A DNA stretch of 32,000 nt from Zygophlyctis sp. KS116 (GCA_054661495.1 BAAFSQ010000101.1:1-32000), one strand, 5' to 3'. Shown: positions 1 to 9,957, counted from the stretch's first letter. Notes: a model not told the origin generated them from the letters alone. Made by a program: numbers and translations.

Positions 1-94
1 TATCAACTTCTTTTTAAGCTGATGATCAAAAATCTATGCATATTATCAAGACAATACTTACTTCTAATGAATTCAGTAAGGGTAATTTCAACAT
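1..94 (-). CDS. 5' end of an unidentified gene running off the window edge (MLKLPLLNSLE|IFDHQLKKKLI...)
   Basis: ATG at 94; GTAAGT...TAG intron 34-61 (28 nt); frame stays open to position 1. Too short to identify. Confidence 0.4.
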
Positions 95-113
95 TTCATT
101 ATCAAAGGATACG

Positions 114-2801
114 TCATTCCCGATGCTCATTCAAGGATTTTGGTTTATCAAGCGATAACCATCGCTTCATCAATCCTAGGCCATCGCTACTTATGTTTTT
201 ACATATTTCTGTCATTGAAGAATGAAGACTTGTCTTTGAGCTTTTACTTATTTGTGATCTGTTATTTTGATCGCAATCTTCCTCATCAACCTTTGCCAAT
301 AAGTTCAAATGATTCTCAGAGTTTACTGCTATTCCGGAAGTTGAGCCTACTGATGTAGAATGTATTAAGTGCGATACAGAAAATAGCTGATCATCAAAAG
401 AAGGGAGAAGAACCGGCTGATTTGTTTGGAATAGCTGCACTTCACGATTCTTAAAAATCCTTAGAAACGCTTTCCTGTGAAATTCTGCGTTTTGAATCCA
501 TTTAATCTTGTCTCTTGATGATGAAACCAGAAATGTATGGATTCCTTTCCCAATATGAATAATTGAAAATCGTTTTTCGTCAAGAGTCCCTGATTATTTA
601 GTATTAAATTTAGTAAATACCCTGAAGGTTATCAATGAAAATTAAAGATTCGAGAGGAATAGGCTCATGGTATAGTTGAAGGCCAGTCTTTCTTTTCTTT
701 AAGATCAATAATAGATCTGAAAAAAGAGCAACGGTTACCTCGATAATTTCATTCCGACTCTTAAAGCATCCACAATCTAATTCAGAGACTAACTGACGAT
801 AATTGTTTTGAATCATAAATTTCTAATGTTAATTAAGGCGAACTGATCTACCTCGCTTGAACTCCCCATGTCCATTATTGAATCATAGTTTTTGACTGCA
901 AACAAAGAGTTTTCAATATGAACAGCATCATCAATCTGCTTAATTATTTCAGAAAAAAATCCAATCAGTTCTTTCAACGATTCGTGGTTTGGTGATTGGG
1001 GGGATACGTATGACAATAAGCGTTTGAATAGTAAATTATATCGGGTGATTTTATGCATTGGTTTCACTAATAAGTCTGCCAGTTTGAGTTTACACAATAG
1101 TGAGTTTTTTTCACAATTCTATTTGATTTATAATGATATATTTTACCGATACAAACTCTACAAACTCTTCATTTTCGTATAAGCGCTTCAAAGCTCTAGA
1201 GGCATTGTTTTGATTGGAGCAATAGATTTTATATAAGAAGAAATCTTCAGTATTCATTTTATAAGCTTCAATCATCTTTTCTAGCTTTGTTATTCCCTCA
1301 CTATTCTTCTGAATTTCAGCAAACGTTGCAGATATATCTTGGTGCAAGAGAACAATAGAATCTAAATTTGAGAAAATATTTTTAATAAGCTCTTCTTCAA
1401 TGATTCCTAATTTCTTTAAAGGTCGCATAAAGATCTATGATTTAAAACAAATTGATCACCTTGATAGTAGTCTTCATGTCTTCTGTGTATCTAGTCTCCG
1501 AGTCAAATATTTCGTTCATAACCTCCTCTAATTTATATATATGCTCCTCATTTAGAGTAAGAGAAGAGAATAACTCATTGGGATCGGTGGATGGCTCTGT
1601 AGGAAATTCTTTTGTTTTTCCATCACTATTCCTAGCGACTTTCACATCAACAATAGTGTTTGTGAGCTCGGAATTCCTAGCAATTAGTTTATAATCATCG
1701 TGATCTTTATCGATAATTAGATTCTTAAATTATAAAATCTTAAAATTACCAAAGATATTTGATTAGAGCCATTTTCATTCAATTGAACATTGTGAGTTAA
1801 GAAAGATTTGATCAAAGAATTAGATAATGTTGACTTACGATTGGTGTTTTATCAATATCAGATAGATTATTGAGTTGATAGCCGCCGAGTATTTTTGTAA
1901 ACATGGGATACATTTCAGCAGAACATTTACTCCTCAACATCAAAATTCTTTCACCAATTCTTTCATATACATTCTGGCTGATTACACTTTCTTCTGATAG
2001 TTAGAGTTTCAAGGCGGAATTTACCTTTATCCTTGTGATACATTTGATAAAATACCGATTCCTGAAATTTGGTTCTTTTAATTACTGGACCACTGAAAAC
2101 AGCTTCTGAATAGTCTACAAAGCTGCCGTGGTAATGTTTTGCTAATGTTTCATATACCAAAAGGTGTAGATCATTAAATAAGGACGGAGAAGCATTATTC
2201 AATGAATGTTTCAATTGTTTAATAATCTGGGCAGGAGTTGGAGATCTTGGATCTGCAGAGAATTGAACTATTTCAGTAGATGTTAGAGTCAAATATTGTG
2301 AGATAATATTTTTAGCAATTTGCGGACGAGTATTTGTTGTCTGTAGATGGTAATCAGCAGCGATCTTAGTTAAATCGTATTCCAAAAACTACAATCAAAA
2401 GTTAAGATACTTACAAACAATGTCTGGTATTCAAATTGAGATAGAAATAATAAAAAATATAATCTAAATATGGGATCTGTCCAATAATCAATAAATTCGG
2501 ACATTTCATTATTTAGCTTGAAACAAGAGACTTTTGGGATGTTACTTTGACAAAGAGATTCAAACTCTTTAGAGTAAACATCTAGAATATGGAGAGATAA
2601 TGATGATTTAGATCTAAAACAAACATAATCTGGCAAATCATTCTTTCCACCTGATGACTTTCTAGATCTAATTGAAATAAAAGATTCCTGCTTAATATAT
2701 CTTGATTCTGTAGTTGCTGATGCTGATCTTTTCTTTGATTTATAATCAGATTCTTTAAACGAGAGTTCAGTGTCCGAATGCGAAACTGGCCTCTCGTACA
2801 T
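114..2801 (-). CDS. RGS-DH-PH Rho guanine nucleotide exchange factor (RGS-RhoGEF-like)
   Basis: RGS-like region (FRLYFLLFLSQ...IAKNIISQYL...LFNDLHLLVYETL), DH motifs (EIFDSETRYTEDM, IFSNLDSIVLLHQ, LADLLVKPMHKITRYNLLFKRLL) and PH motifs (VALFSDLLLILK, KIKWIQ). Introns 2389-2414, 1994-2024, 1813-1838 (GT-TG?), 1724-1749, 1435-1459, 1119-1146, 823-851 and 590-620 join the ORF fragments in frame. Confidence 0.8.
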
Positions 2802-2844
2802 TTCAATAATGTAAACAAATAGTAAGAAATTCAAATATTTTATT

Positions 2845-3496
2845 TTAAGAAGCGATCTCCATATTTAATGCAGAAGCATTATTAAAAGTCTTTTCATAGT
2901 GCGTGGACAGAAATTTAACTGAAATTGGAGCGCTTAATAAATTATTATCAATAAAGTTTCCAGAAAGAGTAACATCAGCATGGCGAATTTCTCCTTGACC
3001 AGTTAAAATACCTTGATTCCAAGTCCCAAATTTCTAAATTTAATCAAATATAAAGGTTTACACGACTCCCTGATCCAGAATAAGTATATTCTCCTTGACC
3101 ATGTTTTTTATCATTATCCCATTCACCGATATAATAATCACCATTGGAAAAAGTATATTTTCCCTGTCCTGATCTCTTTCCAAAAGCGAAATTCCCTTCA
3201 TATCTTGATCCATCCGGATAAATAAAAGTCCCTTGACCATGTCTTTGATTATCTGCATAATTCCCAATATAACGATGACCATTTTTCCATTTATAAACTC
3301 CATTCCCTGATCTTTTTCCATTAGCATAAGATCCAGTATAAACATCTCCATTGGGAAAAATATTTTCTCCCTGCCCATGTCTGTCTTGATTCTCATTGCG
3401 ATCTCCAGTATAAACCTATCAATTAGATATCTGCCTTATTACACCCAAGACTGGACCATCTTCTCTGCCTTCTGTATCTGAGCCTGCGTCTGACAT
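2845..3496 (-). CDS. RSPH1: Radial spoke head protein 1-like MORN-repeat protein, 198 aa
   Basis: Spliced (introns 3416-3442 and 3034-3061): MSDAGSDTEGREDGPVLG|VYTGDRNENQDRHGQGENIFPNGDVYTG...RHGQGTFIYPDGSRYEG... Tandem MORN repeats with an RSPH1-type acidic N-terminus. The ORF track shows only a wrong-frame ORF here. Confidence 0.85.
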
Positions 3497-3686
3497 TATT
3501 TACTGATACGTCATTCACTCGGGAAATTCAAAGCCGATCAGTCTATTCCTTGCTGGCATCATTAAGAAACTATTTATCGTCATTATAAACTATTCTTATT
3601 ATAAGTAATCAGCATTATGCATTAATGATTGGATCGAATCATTAAGCAACAATATCAAAAGTGGCACTTATAACCTAGAATTTAAT

Positions 3687-4336
3687 ATGTTTCCATTCTT
3701 CAAAGGCCGAAAAAAGGAAATCCCAGGATACAAACCTCTGTTTCTTAATGAGCCATTTCTCTCTGCAACTCTCGTCAATGGAAGTTTTAAGAAATTGGTT
3801 GCGTTACCTGAATTTATGGACCCAAATGAATGGTTTGCCGCCAATGTTTTTGATTTCTTCAATTATATAAATCTATTTTATGGATCGATATCTGAACATT
3901 GTACTTGGAAAGAATGTCCGGTAATGTGTGCAGGAAATACTGAATATCCATGGATAGATTCTTCAAAAAAGGCTCTAAAGATACCAGCACCTCAGTATAT
4001 TGACTATGTATTTACATTTATACAAAATATAACAAGGGAAGAATCAGTATTTCCTACTAAAGCAGGTAATTTTACAAATTTAAAAATATAGATACTGAAT
4101 TTCCAAAAGATTTTTCAAATACTATGAAATCAATCTTTAAGCAATTATTTAGAGTAATTGCACACATTTATCATTCTCATTATGATAAAATATTACATTT
4201 TTCAGGTGAAGGACATTTAAATACTTTAGCAGCACATTTCTTGGCTTTTTCAAAAGAATTTGATTTACTAGACAAGAAGGAATTAATTCCTTTACAAGAA
4301 TTAATGGATGAATTTGAAAATATAAAGAGAATTTAA
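3687..4336 (+). CDS. MOB2: Mob1/phocein family kinase activator, MOB2-like
   Basis: PLFLNEPFLSATLVNGSFKKLVALP...NEWFAAN, CPVMCAG, APQYID, FRVIAHIYHSH; intron 4066-4091 (26 nt) gives FPTKADTEFP. Confidence 0.85.
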
Positions 4337-4361
4337 AAATTCTTAATAAAATTCTGTAAAT

Positions 4362-4709
4362 TTAACTAGACTCTTGCAAGAGTTGAGATGCAGCAAGAAA
4401 CTCTTCAGAACTTGAAAATACTTCTGATTTAGACATTTGAGACACTAATTCTTGTAAATCTAAAATGGATTTTTCAAGTCTTTGTTTTACATCTGGAAAC
4501 ATATCAGTAGTTTCCTTTAAAACTTCTTGTTGTTTTCTAATATCATGATCATCAGCGCCGGAATCTATTAAACCAGCGATTCTGGCTTCTTGATTGATTT
4601 TTTCTTTTTCATAAAATACTAATTCTTTTTCAATTCTATGGAATGAGATGAAATTACAAGAGTACCGTTTCACAATTGAAGTCTTGATCTTTAAATCTCG
4701 TATGGACAT
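4362..4709 (-). CDS. TBCA: Tubulin-specific chaperone A (Rbl2/TBCA)
   Basis: MSIRDLKIKTSIVKR|IEKELVFYEKE...DDHDIRKQQEVLKET; true ATG at 4709; in-frame 30-nt intron 4636-4665. Confidence 0.9.
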   Translation of the reverse strand: MSIRDLKIKTSIVKRYSCNFISFHRIEKELVFYEKEKINQEARIAGLIDSGADDHDIRKQQEVLKETTDMFPDVKQRLEKSILDLQELVSQMSKSEVFSSSEEFLAASQLLQESS

Positions 4710-4730
4710 TTTACAATTCGCGATCAATAG

Positions 4731-4848
4731 ACGCGAAACAGTGATACAAGCCAATGCAAGCAATACAAGCAATGGCTGTAATTGTCCACTCGCCAGACGC
4801 AATACGCAATACGCCAACACGCAAAACTGACAAACGACAACGCGAAAC
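4731..4848. promoter_or_regulatory. CpG-rich divergent promoter (TBCA/Lon) with two ACGCGAAAC boxes (E2F/SCB/MCB-like)
   Basis: ACGCGAAAC at 4731-4739 and 4840-4848; CG-rich relative to the flanks; short CAATAC(A/G) repeats between the boxes. Confidence 0.4.
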
Positions 4849-4861
4849 GGAAACTTTAAAA

Positions 4862-7262
4862 ATGAAGGCTGATCTGATTAGATCTGATCTAATACTTTTT
4901 CCAGGTGTAACTGTAAATGTGTTTCCAAATTCTAAATTATTCCATATTCTTAAATCAAATGATCATGATGTTGTAGGAATTGTACCAGTTGATGGAGATT
5001 TAGAATGTGAATATGGATGTTTGGCTTCAGTCACTAGAAAAAATAGAGTTTTTATTCTCCAAGGAACTAAAAGATTCAAGATTTTAGATTGGGAAAATGA
5101 TGTAATTCAAGTCATTGAGGATGATCTAGATTTAAATGATAAGGAAATTATGGGACTATCAAGTCTTTTTAAAAATCAAGTTCAAGTTTTTGCAAAAATG
5201 TTGCATCAAGTTGCGCCAGAGGTTTCATCAGATATTTTATTTTTAGTAGAAAGGAAATCTCCTGTAGCGATTTTATTTCTATTTACATTCTTGATGGATG
5301 TAAAAAATGTAAAATTTCAGATTTTGTCAAGTCAGGATCTCAAGTATAGTTTTGAGATTGGGTTGAAATGGATTGAAGATGCATTAAAGGATTTTAAAGT
5401 TGCTATTGTAAAGATCAAGTCTAAAATGGAAAATTCTAAAAGTACAGTGTCTGATGGTAAAAATGCTCAATCAGCAACAAGTACAACAGGCTCAGAATTA
5501 GAGGATTTGAAGGGGAAAGTAGAGGCTTTAAAACTTCCAGAAATTGTAATGAAGAGTGTAAAGAAAGATTTGGAGAGGTTATCAAGAATCAATCCTAATA
5601 ATGCAGACTATCACGTCATTTTTTCATATTTGGAGTATGTTGTTGATTTACCTTGGGATACGTTGCCTTCAAAGGTTGATATCTTGGAAGCTGAAAGGAT
5701 ACTAGATGAGGATCATCAGGGATTAGATAAAATTAAGAGGCGTATACTAGAATATATTGCAGTTTTTCAACTTACAAAATCTCTAAAAGGTCCCATATTA
5801 TGTCTAGTTGGGCCTCCAGGAACAGGTAAAACTTCTTTAGGTAAATCAATTGCTCGTGCTCTTGATAGGAAATTTTATAGAATTGCTCTTGGTGGTGTGA
5901 AAGATGAGGCGCAAATTAGAGGGCATCGAAGGACTTATGTTGGTGCCCTCCCAGGAGTAATTATTCAATCATTTAGAAAGATTGGCGTAAATAATCCAGT
6001 GATCCTCTTAGGTAATATAATAAGTTAATGAGATAGACGAAATTGATAAGCTGGGAACTGATGGGCGCTCTGATCCTACGTCTGCATTACTTGAAGTCCT
6101 TGATCCAGAACAGAATGAATCCTTTACAGACGCATATTTAAATTTACCATTTGATTTATCTAAAACTGTATTTATTGCAACTGCAAACGATTTGAATCAA
6201 ATTCCAGAACCTTTAAAAGATAGGATGGTATGATAATTTTACTTAATTCAAAAGGAAATAATCAAAATTCCCAGTTATACTATTTTGGAAAAAGTTTCTA
6301 TAGCAAAATCTCATCTTATTTCAAAACAAATTTCAATACATGGATTAAATCCTGAATATCAATCAGAATTTAGAGATTACTTGATTCATTACATTATAGA
6401 AAACTATACTCGTGAAGCTGGAGTCAGGGATCTGGAACGTCATATTGCTGCATTATGTCGATTCATTGTTATTGAAAGCTCTTTTACATCCAAAAAGCAA
6501 GAATTAAAACAAGATTTAATTGAAAAAGTTCTTGGGGTAATTTTATAGATTTTAATTGTAGCCTCCTCTATATTCAAATTTGAAGAAAACCATGACACCA
6601 ATCATTGGCCGAGCCACAGGACTTGCCTGGACCCCTGTAGGAGGTCAAGTCTTATTTATTGAATCCACATCAATGAAAGGCTCTGGAAAACTTTTTTTAA
6701 CAGGTAACTTAAAATTCTAAAAAATCTAGGCAGCTTGGGCGACACAATGAAAGAATCTGCACAAATTGCTCTAACATGGATCAAATCTAATCTAAAATAT
6801 TTCCCATCAGTACGTGAATTCCCATTCAAAGAGACTGATTTTCACCTCCACGTCCCATCTGCTGCAACCCCTAAAGATGGACCTTCAGCTGGAATAACAA
6901 TCTTAATTTCTTTATTATCTCATATCCTTGGAAAACCTATTATAAAAGACTTGGCAATGACTGGAGAGATTACCCTTTTAGGAGAAATCATGCCAGTTGG
7001 AGGAATCAGAGATAAAGTCTTGGCAGCAAAATCCATGAAAATTTCTACTCTAATATTACCAATCGACAATCAAAAAGATTTTGAATTAATCTCTGATATA
7101 CGCGATTTATCAGTTCATTTTGTTGATAGGATAGAATCTGCGATACAGATTGCATTTGAATCTTCTTTTAAAGATCTAGAGCATCATGGAGAAGAAAATA
7201 TCAAGAACCCCAATAGTACTCTCAAGACTCTAAATGATAAGGTTATAAATTGTAAATTGTAA
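4862..7262 (+). CDS. LONP2: Peroxisomal Lon protease (LONP2-like)
   Basis: Walker [10 protein letters not shown], Walker B VILL|[18 protein letters not shown], catalytic PKDGPSAG and GGIRDK; C-terminal CKL (PTS1-type). Introns 6012-6036, 6228-6254, 6537-6561, 6704-6729. Confidence 0.9.
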
Positions 7263-7296
7263 TAAAGTCTCTGAAATCGGAAATTTCCAAGACAAA

Positions 7297-7522
7297 ATGA
7301 ATGGATTGGGAGATAAAAAGATTCGCATGAATGAGCCAGCACCGATTTCTTTTTCATCTTACCATGGCCAATTAAGCGTATATATTTAATTTCTGATCAT
7401 TATAGAACATGGGAATGAAATTTAGAAAATCTATTGCTGAAGGATATAAAACTTGTCAAAAAAAACATGATTCTACTCTACAATCTCCATCATCTCAACT
7501 AAAGAGAAAGAGAGATTCTTGA
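7297..7522 (+). CDS. Small ribonucleotide reductase inhibitor, Spd1/Dif1 (HUG domain)-like, 65 aa
   Basis: ATG at 7297, intron 7378-7405 (28 nt), TGA at 7520-7522. The spliced motif QLS|NMGMKFRKSIAEGYKT matches the Spd1/Dif1 consensus L..VGMRVRKSV.EGYKT. Absent from the ORF track. Confidence 0.8.
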
Positions 7523-7534
7523 AGAATTATAATA

Positions 7535-8176
7535 TTAAAAATCTCTTGATCCAGGCGGTCTTTCTTGTATAGATCTTGGTGGTATTCTATGAGTAATTCC
7601 CATTCCAATATCACATCCTAATAATCCTTTTTGACCATTTCCCCAATTACTATTAGGAGTAACTAGAACTTGTCTCCAAGAATTATTTTTCGTGCTATAA
7701 ACTCCAAGTGTAATTGTTTTATCTCTAGATTCCTTGATTAAATCAAAGAATGATTCCTGATCGTTGAAACATTTATAATCCTTTGCATAAAATATATAAT
7801 CTAAATCTGAAAGTCCTGCATTAGACGCAGGTGAATTATTTATTACTCTAGAGACATGAAAAACATGTTTAAATGCGTCTGATGGATTACAAAATCGTAC
7901 TACAAGTCCTAAACTATTCCAAGAGGAAGGCAATTTAATTTTACGGATATCCATATCCCTGATATTCCTAAAAACTAGAATTATTTCTGAATTTTTCAAT
8001 GGAGTTAATAAATCATTTAAATCAAGATTTGAAGTTGTTGGAAAATCATTAATTCCAATTAAAAAATCAAAATATGGTTCAATTTTTAGATTATAGGCAA
8101 TTGAATTACTTTTTACTTGTATGACATGGTATCCCCCTTGACTGGGTTCATTAATAGTAGATTGTTCTTGGCCCAT
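7535..8176 (-). CDS. GRH1: GRASP55/65 Golgi reassembly stacking protein (two PDZ-like domains)
   Basis: MGQEQS (myristoylation-type N-terminus), GYHVIQV, IEPYFDFLIGIN, VTPNSNWG...GLLGCDIGMGITHRIP. Confidence 0.9.
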   Translation of the reverse strand: MGQEQSTINEPSQGGYHVIQVKSNSIAYNLKIEPYFDFLIGINDFPTTSNLDLNDLLTPLKNSEIILVFRNIRDMDIRKIKLPSSWNSLGLVVRFCNPSDAFKHVFHVSRVINNSPASNAGLSDLDYIFYAKDYKCFNDQESFFDLIKESRDKTITLGVYSTKNNSWRQVLVTPNSNWGNGQKGLLGCDIGMGITHRIPPRSIQERPPGSRDF

Positions 8177-8224
8177 GGGAAGTACTTTGGTAAGTACTTG
8201 ACTTTATGTGATTTTTGGACTAGG

Positions 8225-9925
8225 CAATCCGGAATCGCGTAGTAAAAAGGTCAATTCTCGCGGTTTAAAAAGGACCAGGCATGGTTAATAAATATCTTGT
8301 TTCCAAAGAGAAAGCATAATGCATCATAATGATAATCGCCGGAATATATTATGGACAGTTCTCGCTTGCAAATCAATTCACGAAATAAAGATATAGCTAC
8401 CAAAATGTCTTATTCAAGCCTCTTTTCATTCAAATTTATCATCCCATCATTTAACAGTCTAGCCAGAATAAGCAGCCTTTCCTTTCCGATACGTCGATAA
8501 TTTGCAATCTGTATATCTTCAGGGGCTCCAGTAAATTCATATCTCCAATTCGAATAGTTCTTGTATGGAACCTTGGTATTTGCAACATCATCTAAGATAT
8601 GTCATTTTAATCATAATTACCGCTCATTTTGTTCAGTTCTACACCGATTTTATACTTTAGGTACTCCAACTTTACTTTCTTGTCAGTTGGTATTTTGCTT
8701 TTGATCGTTATTTTGCGTCCAGAATTTATGCTTTTAGATTCTTTTTGTCTAGCAGTTTTTGTAACATGCAAAAACTGATTATAACCTCCCATTTGACTAA
8801 AATTCAAAACGAATTTAACACTTGGAATAGAGCATTCATAGTTACCCTCTTTAAAACCATAGTTTTCCAATAAAAAGAAAAAAGGAATACTAAGAATGCT
8901 TAGAACCTACCAATCATCAAAAACGATGTTATTACTTTAGTGATTTTCTTGGCCGTTTCTAAAATTCTATCCCTAATATCCACAAGTTCCTCTTCTTTCT
9001 CAGCTTTTTCTTTAAATTGTGCATGGTCTGCATTTTTCCAAAGCTCCGCATAAATAGAGCAAAGGGATTTTTGATCATTCCTTTGACTTTTAATTTCTAA
9101 GGCGGCTATTTTTATTATTTTCATGCTTACCCGGGGTAATTATTTGAACAAAGCAATCATATCCAGTTTTGATTCGACGTTTTTTAACAAATCTACCAAA
9201 GTTAAAGCTTTATCGTCCGAAATGACCTTATCATCAACAACAGTGAAAGACATGAATCTCTCGCGGCCATTTTGACTTAAAAATTCATAAGCATAAGCTC
9301 GACTTTGTTCATTATTTACAATTTGAGGCAATGAGCTTGAATCTAGCTTGCCGATAATTGTGAAAAACCCAAGCCCATTTATCAGCTTTCTAGTACATCT
9401 CCTATATTTTCTAGTTCATTCTTACAATGTTGTATTAAGTATTCTATGCCTTCATTAGATTTGATTGTTTTAATCTTGATCTCTTTGGCTTTTAATTTCC
9501 ATGTGTTTTGAACAGAGATTGGGAGATTCTTCCATGCATTTGCTGAAATAACTCTTGCATTGACACCTTGAGCATTTTCTAGGCCTTTCATGTTTTCATT
9601 TCCAAATATATCTACAATATTAATGATAACAATGTACCATATCTACACTCTTTGACAAACAGAGCATATCCAGTCAGCTTGAAAATTTCCCCGGGATTCA
9701 TAGAGTTTTGATGTGTCCGATCTGTTACTTCATGAGCCGCATTGGCCACCGCAGAGCTCTCATACAATAGAACCTGACTCATTTTCGATAAAATTTTCTT
9801 ATCAATTCTCTTATTCAATTTGCTCAAAATTCGCGAAAATCTGCAAAATCCGCGACGCCAAAACAGTACAGAGCCCCTTTTTAAACCCCCAAAAATTAAC
9901 CCTTACTCCCTCACATTCCGGATTG
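8225..9925. repeat. Imperfect ~50-bp inverted repeats (8225-8273 / 9876-9925) flanking the HMG-box gene
   Basis: Left CAATCCGGAAT...AGTAA...GGTCAATT...GGTTTAAAAAGG versus right reverse complement CAATCCGGAAT...AGTAA...GGTTAATT...GGTTTAAAAAGG. Perfect blocks of 11 bp (8225-8235/9915-9925) and 12 bp (8262-8273/9876-9887) in the same order and at similar spacing. No target-site duplication seen. Confidence 0.6.
8410..9782 (-). CDS. Uncharacterised protein with two tandem HMG-box modules and two unresolved frame breaks (possibly a pseudogene)
   Basis: Box 1: LTGYALFVKECRY...ISANAWKNLPISVQNTWKLKAKE. Box 2: KRRIKTGYDCFVQ...IYAELWKNADHAQFKEKAE. Canonical introns 9612-9637, 9106-9130, 8907-8935, 8592-8620; stop at 8410-8412. 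Frame discontinuities near 9385 and 9182. Confidence 0.6.
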
Positions 9926-9957
9926 TGCTCTCGAAATTATAGGCTCTTAAAGAAATA

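Noticed and set aside
3058-3396. ORF-track 112-aa Met/Ile-rich protein
   Set aside because: It is a shifted-frame shadow of the RSPH1 MORN repeats.
4754-4861. N-terminal extensions of Lon (from 4754) and TBCA (from 4820) implying head-to-head CDS overlap
   Set aside because: Homology begins at ATG 4862 and ATG 4709 respectively. The intervening CpG-rich sequence looks like promoter.
8410-9782. Firm call as a Mucorales-type sex locus or as an autonomous transposon
   Set aside because: The flanks are GRH1/SHP1 rather than tptA/rnhA, and no DDE or tyrosine-recombinase domain or TSD is visible. Kept only as hypotheses.
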